Source: Amoebophrya sp. A120
Taxonomy: Eukaryota; Protista; Dinoflagellata
NCBI GenBank assembly: GCA_905178155.1
Contig: CAJINV010000032.1
Location: 57,488 to 121,487, forward strand
Direction of reading: 5' to 3'
DNA: 64,000 bases
This document shows positions 1 through 13,300 of the stretch, one piece after another (position 1 is the stretch's first letter; each line of letters begins with the position of its first letter). Below the pieces are notes generated by a model. That model did not search any database. It worked only from the letters and a program-made list of their open reading frames with translations, and was not told the origin of the DNA. The position numbers and the translations under genes were made by a program.

Positions 1-146
1 ATCCTTTTTTTCGTGCTTTTTGCTTTTTTTCAATCATTGTTGGGAAACGGCTTTGGTTTCAAAAGGAACCACAGGAAGTAGACCCGGAGATAGAGAGAGA
101 GAGAGAAATAAAAAACTACGATTATCGTCATATCAAACCGGAAGAT

Positions 147-411
147 TATGCACTGCAAATATGTCTGCGTCTGGAAGAATGCAAGGTCTCTCATGCATGT
201 TTTGCATGGCCCATGATGCCTGTAATGCATGACCTAGCCTCGTCACAGATTTTTACAAGGCGTCCTGATGCCTATTCCGCATGATAAATGCACTTCCCGC
301 GTAGCACAACCTGAACTCCTCTTGCTGGTCATGCAATACAGATTTTTTTGGAGTCCACAGTTAGCATCACAGGTTCCAACTTTGCAGACCCAGACATATT
401 TGCAGTTGATA
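147..411. mobile_element. Introner/MITE, family A (TIR TATnnA(A/T/C)TG(C/T)AAA(A/T)ATGTCTGGGTCTGGAA)
   Basis: TATGCACTGCAAATATGTCTGCGTCTGG ... CAGACCCAGACATATTTGCAGTTGATA; flanks AAGAT/CGGAT. Confidence 0.85.
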
Positions 412-467
412 CGGATTTTTGATCGTCGTGGGACCAGTCGAAAATAAACGGAAAAATTGAACATATG

Positions 468-707
468 TATGCATTTCAAAAATGTCTGGGTCTGGAAGAA
501 TGCAAGATCTGTCATGCCTTTCACGGACCACCCACATGGTCTGAAATGCACTCAGCAGCATCACAGATTTTGCGAGAAATCGGCGTTTTGCCTAGCCAGA
601 ATTGGGCAGGTTTTTGCGTGCATGCAACACAGATTTCTTTTTTTTGAATAAGGGGTCGCATGACAAAGGCTGGACTTTTCCCTACCCAGATCTATTTGCA
701 CTGGATA
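468..707. mobile_element. Introner/MITE, family A (diverged)
   Basis: TATGCATTTCAAAAATGTCTGGGTCTGG ... CCCAGATCTATTTGCACTGGATA. Confidence 0.8.
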
Positions 708-1562
708 ATAATCGAATACTTCGTTATCTGCTGCTGCGGGCAAATCGAGGAATTTCAGTCACTGCAAATCAGTGATGTGAATCTGAAGTCACATCAGACG
801 GTGCATTTCGAAAAAAATCTGGTATAGTCGCTACTTCGTCTTGTTTAATCGTTAGAATGGCTGAACAATACTCCGATCGGTTTTGAAGCTTTTGTTGGTC
901 ATGAACCTTCTACTGAGGCACGAAAAAAAAAACGCGGCATATTTAAAATTGGTATGGTTGGAGGGCAATAGTTTTTAAGTTCAAAACTACTTGTGCTTCC
1001 TAAAAGTTTGTAAGTTCAAAACTACTTGTGCTTCCTCATCCTAATTCTTTATTCATGGCGACAAAGTTTTGATCTATTTCTTCGTCCACACCTTCTTGTG
1101 ATGGCACGGCTCCGCCGCGTGTCCAAATCATTGCACTATGTGGAGTTCACAAATAAGCTTCTCCACTCGTATCGCGAAGCTCTTCCTGCATGCTATCGGG
1201 ACGAGATAGATACGTTTTTCCCCAGGATAGACCTTCTTTTCCGCAGCTATTCCTGCACCCACTCGCCGCTGGCATTCCTCTTCCAGCGCGGCTTGTTTTC
1301 CATCGTGGTATGCAAGCGAAATTGCAAGTCGAGGTTTGTTTCTCACGCGAGCTCGCTCGCAGAGGTTGAGCCCCCCGCCTCTGAGCCCTCTAAAGCTTTA
1401 CGCACGTACCCAGCAGCTGGGTACGTGCGTAACTTCTGGCCCAGCTGCGAAGGGGCAGCTGGGCCAGCTGCCCGGCCGACAGCAGCCCGCTGCCAATTCT
1501 TTGCCCTACTTTCGAACACCTCGGGCCCCGTGGCTCGTTGCCACTTCTCTGCCTGCCTTTCC

Positions 1563-1905
1563 GCGAAGGTGCAGATCGCGGGGATTTTTCCCAAACTCGC
1601 CGCCCCGCCGCCCGCCTCCTTGGGGCGGGGTTTTTGAACCATTCCACGAAGGAGCAGATCGCGGGGATTTTTCCCAAACTCGCCGCCCCGCCGCCCGCCT
1701 CCTTGGGCCGGGGTTTTTGATTGAACCACTCCACGAAGGTGCAGATCGCGGGGATTTTTCCCAAACTCGCCGCCCCGCCGCCCGCCTCCTCGGGCCGGGG
1801 TTTTTGAGCCATTTCGCGAAGGTGTCGACCGCGGGGATTTTTCCCAAACTCGCCGCCCCGCCGCCCGCTTCCTCGGGCGGGGCGGGGTTTTTAAGCCATT
1901 TCGAG
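1563..1905. repeat. ~85-bp GC-rich tandem repeat, 4 copies
   Basis: GAAGGTGCAGATCGCGGGGATTTTTCCCAAACTCGCCGCCCCGCCGCCCGC recurs at about 1566, 1648, 1735 and 1818. Confidence 0.9.
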
Positions 1906-1974
1906 CCATTCCGCGACGCACGGCACGGCGTGCCGTTCTTCGGCGTGCCACGCCGAAGAACGGGCGGCAACCCG

Positions 1975-2259
1975 CGACGCACGGCACACCAAGAGAGTGC
2001 GATAGGGGTCGCACTCTCTCCGGGAGGGAGCTCCGCGCCGGCTGGCAAAATCCTGCCAAATTCTGCCAGCAACCAAGCCGCTAGAATGACGACCCGGACC
2101 AAAGAACGAGCAGCGCCCGAAGATGCACGGCACGCCATCAGAGTGCGATAGGGGTCGCACTCTCTCCGGGAGCTCCGCGCCGGCTGGCAAAATCCTGCCA
2201 AATTCTGCCGACAACCAAGCCGCCAGAATAGCGAGCCAGACCAAAGAACGGACAGCGCG
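1975..2259. repeat. 142/146-bp satellite, left arm (2 copies)
   Basis: GAGTGCGATAGGGGTCGCACTC...GGCTGGCAAAATCCTGCCAAATTCTGCC unit, same as 5190-6545. Confidence 0.9.
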
Positions 2260-5188
2260 CCTCATAACGCCAATGGTCTGCGGCCGTCGATGAATTGTTT
2301 ACCGGCTCCGCTGTGTGCCCTATCTTGCTCCTCCCAAAGCCGAAGAAAAAGCCACCGCCTTGGGGTTGTCGATGAATTGCTAGGCACCTCATAACGCCAA
2401 TGGTCTGCGGCTGTCGATGAATTGCCTACCGGCTCCGCGGTGTGCCCTTTCTTGCTTCTCCCAAAGCCGGGGAAAAATCCACCGCCTAGGGGTTGCCGAT
2501 GAATTGCTAGGCACCTCATGACGCCAGTGGTCTTCGGCTGTCGATGAATTGTCTACCGGCTCCGCGGTGTGCCCTTTCTTGCTCCTCCACAAGCCGGGGA
2601 AAAATCCGCCGCCTTGGGGTTGTCGATGAATTGCCCGGCACCTCCTAGCCCCAATGGTCTGCGGCTGTCGATGAATTGTCTACCGGCTCCGAGGTGCGCA
2701 CTTTCTTGCTCCTCCCAAAGCCGGGGGGAAATCCTTCCACCGCCATGGGGTTGTCGATGAATTGCTCGGCACCTCCTAGCCCCAATGGTCTGCGGCTGTC
2801 GATGAATTGTTTACCGGCTCCGCGGTGTGCCCTTTCTTGCCCCTCCCAAAGCCGGGGAAAAATCCACCGCCTTGGGGTTGTCGATGAATTGCTCGGCACC
2901 TCCTAGCCCCAATGGTCTGCGGCTGTCGATGAATTGTTTACCGGCTCCGCGGTGTGCCCTTTCTTGCTCCTCCCAAAGCCGGGGAAAAATCCACCGCCTT
3001 GGGGTTGTCGATGAATTGCTCGGCACCACCTAGCCCCGATGCTCTGCGGCTGTCGATGAATTGTTTACCGGCTCCGCGGTGTGCCCTTTCTTGCTCCTCC
3101 CAAAGCCGGGGAAAAATCCACCGCCTTGGGGTTGTCGATGAATTGCTCGGCACCACCTAGCCCCGATGCTCTGCGGCTGTCGATGAATTGTTTACCGGCT
3201 CCGCGGTGTGCCCTTTCTTGCTCCTCCCAAAGCCGGGGAAAAATCCACCGCCTTGGGGTTGTCGATGAATTGCTCGGCACCACCTAGCCCCGATGCTCTG
3301 CGGCTGTCGATGAATTGTTTACCGGCTCCGCGGTGTGCCCTTTCTTGCTCCTCCCAAAGCCGGGGAAAAATCCACCGCCTTGGGGTTGTCGATGAATTGC
3401 TCGGCACCACCTAGCCCCGATGCTCTGCGGCTGTCGATGAATTGTTTACCGGCTCCGCGGTGTGCCCTTTCTTGCTCCTCCCAAAGCCGGGGAAAAATCC
3501 ACCGCCTTGGGGTTGTCGATGAATTGCTCGGCACCACCTAGCCCCGATGCTCTGCGGCTGTCGATGAATTGTTTACCGGCTCCGCGGTGTGCCCTTTCTT
3601 GCTCCTCCCAAAGCCGGGGAAAAATCCACCGCCTTGGGGTTGTCGATGAATTGCTCGGCACCACCTAGCCCCGATGCTCTGCGGCTGTCGATGAATTGTT
3701 TACCGGCTCCGCGGTGTGCCCTTTCTTGCTCCTCCCAAAGCCGGGGAAAAATCCACCGCCTTGGGGTTGTCGATGAATTGCTCGGCACCACCTAGCCCCG
3801 ATGCTCTGCGGCTGTCGATGAATTGTTTACCGGCTCCGCGGTGTGCCCTTTCTTGCTCCTCCCAAAGCCGGGGAAAAATCCACCGCCTTGGGGTTGTCGA
3901 TGAATTGCTCGGCACCACCTAGCCCCGATGCTCTGCGGCTGTCGATGAATTGTTTACCGGCTCCGCGGTGTGCCCTTTCTTGCTCCTCCCAAAGCCGGGG
4001 AAAAATCCACCGCCTTGGGGTTGTCGATGAATTGCTCGGCACCACCTAGCCCCGATGCTCTGCGGCTGTCGATGAATTGTTTACCGGCTCCGCGGTGTGC
4101 CCTTTCTTGCTCCTCCCAAAGCCGGGGAAAAATCCACCGCCTTGGGGTTGTCGATGAATTGCTCGGCACCACCTAGCCCCGATGCTCTGCGGCTGTCGAT
4201 GAATTGTTTACCGGCTCCGCGGTGTGCCCTTTCTTGCTCCTCCCAAAGCCGGGGAAAAATCCACCGCCTTGGGGTTGTCGATGAATTGCTCGGCACCACC
4301 TAGCCCCGATGCTCTGCGGCTGTCGATGAATTGTTTACCGGCTCCGCGGTGTGCCCTTTCTTGCTCCTCCCAAAGCCGGGGAAAAATCCACCGCCTTGGG
4401 GTTGTCGATGAATTGCTCGGCACCACCTAGCCCCGATGCTCTGCGGCTGTCGATGAATTGTTTACCGGCTCCGCGGTGTGCCCTTTCTTGCTCCTCCCAA
4501 AGCCGGGGAAAAATCCACCGCCTTGGGGTTGTCGATGAATTGCTCGGCACCACCTAGCCCCGATGCTCTGCGGCTGTCGATGAATTGTTTACCGGCTCCG
4601 CGGTGTGCCCTTTCTTGCTCCTCCCAAAGCCGGGGAAAAATCCACCGCCTTGGGGTTGTCGATGAATTGCTCGGCACCACCTAGCCCCGATGCTCTGCGG
4701 CTGTCGATGAATTGTTTACCGGCTCCGCGGTGTGCCCTTTCTTGCTCCTCCCAAAGCCGGGGAAAAATCCACCGCCTTGGGGTTGTCGATGAATTGCTCG
4801 GCACCACCTAGCCCCGATGCTCTGCGGCTGTCGATGAATTGTTTACCGGCTCCGCGGTGTGCCCTTTCTTGCTCCTCCCAAAGCCGGGGAAAAATCCACC
4901 GCCTTGGGGTTGTCGATGAATTGCTCGGCACCACCTAGCCCCGATGCTCTGCGGCTGTCGATGAATTGTTTACCGGCTCCGCGGTGTGCCCTTTCTTGCT
5001 CCTCCCAAAGCCGGGGAAAAATCCACCGCCTTGGGGTTGTCGATGAATTGCTCGGCACCTCCTCGCCCCAATCGTCTGCGGCTGTCGCCGAATTGTTTAC
5101 CGGCTCCGCGGTGTGCCCTTTCTTGCTCCTCCCAAAGCCGGGGAAAAATCCACCGCCTTGGGGTTGTCGATGAATCGCTAGGCACCTG
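2260..5188. repeat. 127-bp satellite, about 23 copies
   Basis: Identical ORFs recur every 127 bp; each unit has two TGTCGATGAATTG motifs; central copies identical, edge copies diverged. Confidence 0.97.
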
Positions 5189-5189
5189 G

Positions 5190-6545
5190 CGCCCGTAGAT
5201 GCATGGCACGCCATCAGAGTGCGATAGGGGGCGCACTCTCTCCGGGAGCTCCGCGCCGGCTGGCAAAATCCTGCCAAATTCTGCCGACAACCAAACCGCC
5301 AGAATGGCGAGCCAGACCAAAGAACGGACAGCGCCCGAAGATGCATGGCGCGCCATCAGAGTGCGATAGGGGGCGCACTCTCTCCGGGACCTCCGCGCCG
5401 GCTGGCAAAATCCTGCCAAATTCTGCCGACAACCAAACCGCCAGAATGGCGAGCCAGACCAAAGAACGGACAGCGCCCGAAGATGCATGGCGCGCCATCA
5501 GAGTGCGATAGGGGGCGCACTCTCTCCGGGACCTCCGCGCCGGCTGGCAAAATCCTGCCAAATTCTGCCGACAACCAAACCGCCAGAATGGCGAGCCAGA
5601 CCAAAGAACGGACAGCGCCCGAAGATGCATGGCGCGCCATCAGAGTGCGATAGGGGGCGCACTCTCTCCGGGACCTCCGCGCCGGCTGGCAAAATCCTGC
5701 CAAATTCTGCCGACAACCAAACCGCCAGAATGGCGAGCCAGACCAAAGAACGGATAGCGCCCGAAGATGCATGGCGCACCATCAGAGTGCGATAGGGGTC
5801 GCACTCTCTCCGGCTGGGTGCTCCACGCCGGCTGGCAAAATCCTGCCAAATTCTGCCGACAACCCAGCCGCCAGAATGGCGAGCCAGACCAAAGAACGGA
5901 CAGCGCCCGAAGATGCATGGCACACCATCAGAGTGCGATAGGGGTCGCACTCTCTCCGGGTGGGTGCTCCGCGCCGGCTGGCAAAATCCTGCCAAATTCT
6001 GCCGACAACCCAGCCGCCAGAATGGCGAGCCAGACCAAAGAACGGACAGCGCCCGAAGATGCATGGCACACCATCAGAGTGCGATAGGGGTCGCACTCTC
6101 TCCGGGTGGGTGCTCCGCGCCGGCTGGCAAAATCCTGCCAAATTCTGCCGACAACCCAGCCGCCAGAATGGCGAGCCAGACCAAAGAACGGACAGCGCCC
6201 GAAGATGCATGGCACACCATCAGAGTGCGATAGGGGTCGCACTCTCTCCGGGAGCTCCGCGCCGGCTGGCAAAATCCTGCCAAATTCTGCCGACAACCAA
6301 ACCGCCAGAACGGCGAGCCAGACCAAAGAACGGGCAGCGCCCGAAGACGCATGGCACACCATCAGAGTGCGATAGGGGTCGCACTCTCTCCGGCAGCTCC
6401 GCGCCGGCTGGCAAAATCCTGCCAAATTCTGCCGACAACCAAGCCGCCAAAATGGCGAGCCAGACCAAAGAACGGACAGCGCCCGAAGATGCATGGCGCA
6501 CCATCAGAGTGCGATAGGGGTCGCACACTCTCCGGGAGCTCTCTG
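5190..6545. repeat. 142/146-bp satellite, right arm (about 9.5 copies)
   Basis: Period 142 bp; a 146-bp variant with extra TGGG occurs at about 5.8-6.2 kb. Confidence 0.95.
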
Positions 6546-7302
6546 CCGAGAGTGCGACAGGGGAACGGCACAGAACTTGGCGGGCTTTAGTTCTGCGCCG
6601 TTCCCTGCACGCTGTCGCCCATTCTTGCTGCTCCCTTTTTGCAGCACTTCACAACAGCCCTGCCGGCGGCAGGAATGTTGCAAACTAGCGACCAAGCCCG
6701 CCAAGCTCTGCGCAGTTCCCCGCACGCTGTCGCCCATGCCGCTACCTTTTTGCAACAATTTTTTCGGCACTTTGGCGCGGGGGTTTCTCGCTGAGGGGGT
6801 CCCTTTTTTTGTGCTGGGCTTAGTTTGTTCGTTTAGAACTTCCAAGGCCGCGGAACTTCGGCGCGGGGGTTTCTAGTTGAAACTCTACACGACTCACCTA
6901 GTCGGGGGGCGGTCGCCTAGGCGAGAGGCGAGCGCCCTGGCGGAAGGCGAGCGCCCTGGCGGAGGGTGGGCGTCTATGCGTAGAGCAATTGGAATCACCG
7001 CCCGCAAAGAGTCCTTCCCAGGGGACCGGTTTACTCACTGCTGGCTACGCCACAAAAACCCGCTCCGAAGAGGGGCCGGCCTCCCAAACGCGGGCCGCGG
7101 TACAAGAAGCCGCCCCTGAGGGCACTGACTGCACCGTGAAACCACAAGACGCCCCCGCTTTGCAGCAGGAAGCGGACCAGTTGTGGCCCAACGCGGTCGT
7201 AGCTCCCTGCACAAGTTCATTTCTCCAAACTCACGTATAATTATCTTCCCCTACTAGAGGTGCTGCGATCTCGCACGAGACAACTTTTTACTTCGATTCG
7301 AT

Positions 7303-10300
7303 TTATTTTGTTGGATAACTGACCCAGTGCCCGTTCTCGTCCTTCTTCCACTTATCCTGCTTCTTGTTCAGGTATCAACCGCAAATGTGCGTGTCAGAGA
7401 GAGTACAAATTTTGCGATGCTCAGCGTGCATGCTTCGATAGTACTCTGTCATGCATTTTTCCAAAGAGATACATAAAGACCTGCTTCCAGCAGGGGCATG
7501 TGGTGAAACCAGCAAACGACCAAAACAAACGCTGCCATGCAGAGGGCCAAACCCAGCCCCAGCACAATTCTGTTTTTTGGTCCTTTCATACATAAGGACG
7601 ATTTTTTTAGCAGCAGCTGCAGCAAACTCCTTGAGACACTCATCCTATTTCTCGGTGCATATCCAGTCCGGCTTGTCCTTCTTCACGTCGTTCTTGTGGT
7701 CGGGGTGTGAATTGCAAAGATGTGTCTGGGTCTGGAAACTTGTGATGCTGAATGTGATTGGGTGAAACAGTTTACAAACCTGCGTTTTTGATCTTGCAGA
7801 AATACATATTTTCTACGAATGGAAGATTCGCATCACAAGTTCAACTTGTCCAGCAGACCATTAAGACACTACATTTTCCATGCGTACGACGATCCATTCT
7901 CCGTCACCCTCTTTCTTCATCCATTTGCCCTCATCGTTTTTCCGCCAGAGCTTGTCAATCTGCCGCCACTCGCCGTTCGGATCCCGGTGCCAGACCGTTT
8001 TCTTCCACTCGCCATTCTCGTCTTTCTTCCACTGGTTCTTTCTCGGTTTATTTTCGCCGTTTCCGTTCGCACCGTAGTTCGCCCTCGTTTCCATCTTCGA
8101 CCCCATCTTGCGTTGGGCGGCTGCGGTCGCTCTTTTCGCGGCGTTCTCCTTCTCTCTGGCCAAGGCAGCAGCGGCTGCTTCCGCGGCTTTCCGCAAGCCT
8201 TCGCCCGTCGTTGCCGGCTGTGCCCGCAGCACGTCGTCCCCCTGAAGCATTATCTCGACGGGGCTTCGCTTGTCCACTGGCTTTTCCCGAGTCGCCGTTC
8301 CGTTCGCGAGCGCGGCAAGCTTCGCGGCGTCCATGTTCAGCTGCTCGGCCACGATTTGCCGACGGTAGGTGGCGGACAAGCTCTCCACGAAGTTTGCTGC
8401 CAGTTTCCGGGCCTTCATGCTGCTAGCGCCGTGGATAGCGAGGGACACCATAGTGCACTTCATCATACCGTCCTCCGCGTAATCAAAAGCGGTTTTACCA
8501 TTTGGCAGGCAGACCATATCGATGTCGGCACCCAGCTGGACCAGGCGATCGCAGGAGATACGGTTTCCAAAGTACGCCGCGTAGTGTAGGGGCGCCCAAC
8601 CCTCCGTATCCAAGGCGTTAGCTAGCGGCCCAAAGTACTCGAGCGCCGCGACGTTGCCCTTCTGCGCCGCGTAGTGCATCACGCATCGCCCGCGGTGGTC
8701 CCGGATAAAGCCGATGTTGATGTTGCGACACCTGTGTACCGCGTTGTGGATGTCCTGAGGTGTTTATCCTGTGTAGCAGCACCCCTTTTGCTTTCTGCAA
8801 CTCCTCCTCCCATGCAAACTTTCAACCGCTTATCAGAATCAGAAAGAAAAACACAAATTATAACTCCATGTCCTTGCGGAGGTTGAGGTTGCTCTATAAA
8901 CCTAATGCTGCACTGCGCACCGAATTTGTTTTTCTCTTTTCATCTTTCTGGGACTCCAACGGCGTCACGCATGACAAAACCCCAGATTGCAGAAGACGAC
9001 GCCGAGGTGCTACGCACGATAATGTTCCGCCGCGCACCACGCTGAGCAGTTCGCGGGCCTGCGGATTCTTTTCCAGGTCGATCCAATCGCCCCGCGGCGG
9101 GAGGTACAGGCAAGGGTCGCAGATCCACGTCTTTTCCTTGGGCCGCACGTCGCGCTTCTTATCACAGGCAAAAATGTCTGGGTCTGGAAGATTGAGAGAT
9201 TTGTCATGCTTGTCTGGCATGACCAAAAGGTTTGTGATGCGTGTCCGAGAAGAGACCCTTTTGCCTGTCATGCAAAAACGCAACGCAACACAAAGAAGCG
9301 CAGATATTTCTCATGCTTGGATGTGCATTGCAGAGCATTCACTATTCCCAACGCAGCATTACAAGTTTCCAGATCCAGACATTTTTGCAATCCATACTTC
9401 TGTACGGTGTCCAACGTCTTGCAGCGCCGCGTGAGAACGCCGTCCAGTTGGCGCAAGCAGTCCTGGAGAATGTCGTCTTCCCCAATGGGTTCGTCCGCGA
9501 TCATGGTCAGAATCTCGTGCAAGGGCCGACTTTCAATTTCGTTCTCCTCGAACAGTTCCTTCTCCTCGAGCCATTCTCGGAAAAACCCCTGAAACTGCAC
9601 GAAGTCGGTCTCGCCCGCCTCGTCCACCTTCGACTCCAGGTTGATGAAGTCGAGCAGCATCGACTTCAAGGGCTTCCCAACCGTCGGAACCTCCGTCAGC
9701 CCCTCGTCGTCTGACCAGTACGCGTCGCTTTCGTCGGCCGGGAAAACCCGTGGAGACCGCGACTCCACGCTGTCGTCGTCATCACTGTAGACCGGTTTCT
9801 CCCACCACTTTCGCTGCTGCGACACGACCTGTGGTTGCGCCACGGCCCCCGGCTGTGTTAAAACCGCAGTAGGGCCCCGTTGTTGTACTGCGGCAGCTGG
9901 CTGCGCTGCAGGAGCTGGCTGCGGCGCAGCAGTAGTTCCACTGGTCGCTTTGCTGCTACCACTGCTACTCGCACTCTGATTTTTCGTTGGCGCCGTCGGA
10001 ACTGCTGCCTTGGCCTTGCTGCTGCCACCCGCACTTGCGTCCACCTTTTCTCGCTTTATCTTCTTTGTTTTTGGTGCATCTTCTTCTGCCTTTTTGCTGC
10101 TGCTCCTCGAAGAGGATTTTTTCTCTTTTTTGCTTTTCTTTTCCTTCTTCGGCTTTTTCGCCGGCTCCGGTGGACCAGGGTCTTTACTGCTTCGAGCGGT
10201 GGATGAGGCGGACTTTTCCGTGGTCTTTTTTTCCTTCGTCGTCTTTTTTTCCTTCGTGTTCATCGCGTCTTTTTGTTCACTCGCACTCGCTGCAAGGACG

Positions 10301-13300
10301 GTCTTCTTTGCCCGTTTCAAGAAGTCCTTCTTCGATGCCTGCAACGCAGCGTGCAGACCGGGAAACTCGTTCTCGTCGTCCCGGTTCACCACCGGCGACT
10401 ATGCACTGCAAATATGTCCGGGTCTGGAAACTTGTGATGCGAAGTGGCGATGATTGAGTCTATTCCTGAGAGCTGCCAAGCATGACAAATTTTCAGGACA
10501 GCACTTCCTCATGTGTAATGCGCATGAGAAACTGCGTTTTTGCATGACAGAGAATTCGCACTTTTGTCGGTCACGCAATACAAATTCTACAGGAGTGCAA
10601 AACAAGCAATACAGATTCCAATTTTTCCAGACCCAGACATATTTGCAGTTGATAGCGGAGGGTCAGCGACGATGTCCTCATCGAGATCACACGGCATGGG
10701 ATACTTCACCGGCCGCTTGCTCTTCTGCACCGTGGTCAATTTCTGGTAGTTCTGGCCAGGCGTAGTTCCTGAGGCGGATAATTTCGTCGAGCCTGATGAT
10801 CTGCTGCTGCAGCTGCTCGCAGACGCAGAAGCAAGTCAAATATGAGAGTGCACAACGCCCCCTCCCCTACAATTACTTGCATGACATGAGCAGCATCACA
10901 GACGACATCAGCAGGGTGCCGCCTGCATGACAAATGCATGGAGGATGCGGGCTGGGCTCCGAGATGAACCTTGTCATGCAGAGTCGTGCTCGAATGTAGA
11001 ATCGATCAGGAGTTGCGGATTTGCATGACACGGGGGCGCGGGGGTTCTTGTGCAGTGTCATAAACACCAGCCGGCTTTTTCCCGCCGCTCTTCTTCGCAA
11101 CAAGCATCTCGGCTGCCTGTTTCGCCCGCTCCTCCTCTGTCGCGCTCGGACCGAAGATCAAGTTGGAGCCGGAGGTGGCCTTGCAGCTAGGATCAAGCTT
11201 GCCTTTTTTCCCCGTTTTGCTCGCCTGCTCCTGCTATGCATTGCAAATATGTCTGGGTCTGGAAATATGCAAGGTTTCTTGTCATGCATATTTTGCATGA
11301 CCCGTGATGTCTGTTATGCATGATCTAGCAACACAGATTTTTAGAGGGATTCCTATTGCCTATTCCGCATGAGAAATGCCCTCTCCGCGTAACACAAATT
11401 GGAGTCCTGTCGCTGGTCATGCAATACAGATTTTTTTGGAATCCAAAGACCGCATTACAAATCGAAATCTTCCAGACTCAGACATTTTTGCAATCCATAT
11501 CTGCAGCTTTTTATTCGCGGCTGCAGCGGCGGCGGCCCTCGAGGCGGACGTGGAAGATCTCTTGTTCCAGGCGATCGGATATGCTATGCAAACATGATTT
11601 TTCTCGTTTCGAAACTTGTGATCCAAAACCCTCGTCTACTACGCGAGACCAAGCAAAAGCATGACAAGTTTCTAAAAATTCACTGTCATGCGAATGGCAG
11701 ACGAAGCTACACGTGTTGTTGTTTTGTAGCTCGCACAATACAAATTTTCGCTTGTCAGTCATCTGACAAGCTCAGCATTACAAGTTCCAAATTTTCCTGA
11801 CCGAGCAATCTTCGCAGTGGATATAGTCTTCATCCTGGAAAGGACCTGCTGCTCCTCCGTCCAGCTGTCTTCTTCGGGATATGGAGTGGGAATATTGCGC
11901 CACGAGTGATGAAGCTGTCATGCGCACTTTGCTACAGCATTCTGAGCAGGAGTTTCGATGTAAATTTCTCATCCATAAGCTACTTACAGAAGTTCTCCTT
12001 CATCTCACGCCTGCATATGATATGATCTTCAACACGCTTTTCATAACCAAACCCAATCTTTCCCGACGATACGGTCCACTGCTGCTTGTCCCACCACGCT
12101 TGTCCTTCCGCCTCCCACCAGCCTTGGGAATAGTCGTTCCACAACTGCTCCGCCACGGCTACGTCTGTCCAGCGAGAGCCGTCTGCGTACCAGGCAGCAT
12201 CGTGGTCCCACGAGGATCCAGCCTTGCCGTCACGCCACCAGACGTCCGCCGTCTCGGCTTGCCATTTCTGCAGGTTCTTGTCGGTCCACTCCTGGTACTG
12301 CAGCGCCTTCGCAAGCGCTTCGTCGTCGTGGCTGACGTGCTCGTTGGTCGCGTGCACTTGGTTCTTCCTGGGTGGACGTGGTGCTGCGACCACACTTTGG
12401 TAGCCGACGTTCTCCTCGTGAGTGGTACCCGCATGATCCTGGACGTAGGTGGGTTCCTGGCCGTAGCTATCTTCTTGCCCGTAATTAGCTTCCTGGCCGT
12501 AGCTAGCTTCTTCTCCGTAGCTAGCTTCTTCGCCGTAGCTAGGTTCTTGCCCGTAGGATTTGGCGTCTTCATGGTATCCGTTCGTCTGGTAGTACCCAGC
12601 AACGGTGGACCCGTATCACAAGAAAAAAGTGTTACTGTTACACACTTGTTGGAGTTTGTTCTGCATCACAAATTTTCTCTGCATGAGAGGGAAAACTTGC
12701 GATGCGCAGACCATAAGGGAAAACACGTATGAAATGAAGCTCGGATGAAGCATTTCTGGCATGACAGAGCTTGTCTGTCTTGCTTGGCCTGCAACACAAC
12801 GTGTAACTGTAACACTTTTTTCTCAGGATAACCCGTGCTCGTCTTCCCGGTTGATGTCTTCACTCGGGCCGTCGAGTTCGTCGTGCTGGTCTATCGCAAG
12901 AAAAAACTGTTTCACTGTGAACTTGTGATGCAGAAAATGGAACACAGAACTCTTTGTCTTGCTACACCTGCAAGACAAGTGTTTTTTAGGGGTGTTTTCC
13001 CTTAGGATCCTCGCATGGCAAGTTTTCTTTGTAATGTGTAGCAAACTTGTAATGCGAAACTTGCAAAATCCTTAATACAGTGAAACAGTTTTTTCTTACG
13101 ATATGGTCGTAGCCCCAATTGATATCCGGGTCGTAGCTGGTCGCATCTTGGTCTTCATATGTGCCGTCTTGCCCGGCGGGAACAGCAAGTGCTTCATGAG
13201 AACAAGGTCCAGCTTCCTCCTGATACCACGCGCCGTCATCTTTCTGGTACGACGCACTGTTGTCCTCGTGGTACGCCGCCAGCGCGGGGCCCGAGTCGTC

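Noticed and set aside
147-411. Tc1/mariner MITE with TA target duplication
   Set aside because: The empty site at 17787 has no TA, and frames are restored only by removing TAT...ATA plus 5 nt.
1026-1637. 203-aa plus-strand ORF
   Set aside because: No recognisable domain and it runs into the tandem repeat; cannot be supported.
2260-5188. CRISPR-like array or repeated small ORFs
   Set aside because: Units are identical with no unique spacers and there are no cas genes; the ORFs are artefacts of the 127-bp period.
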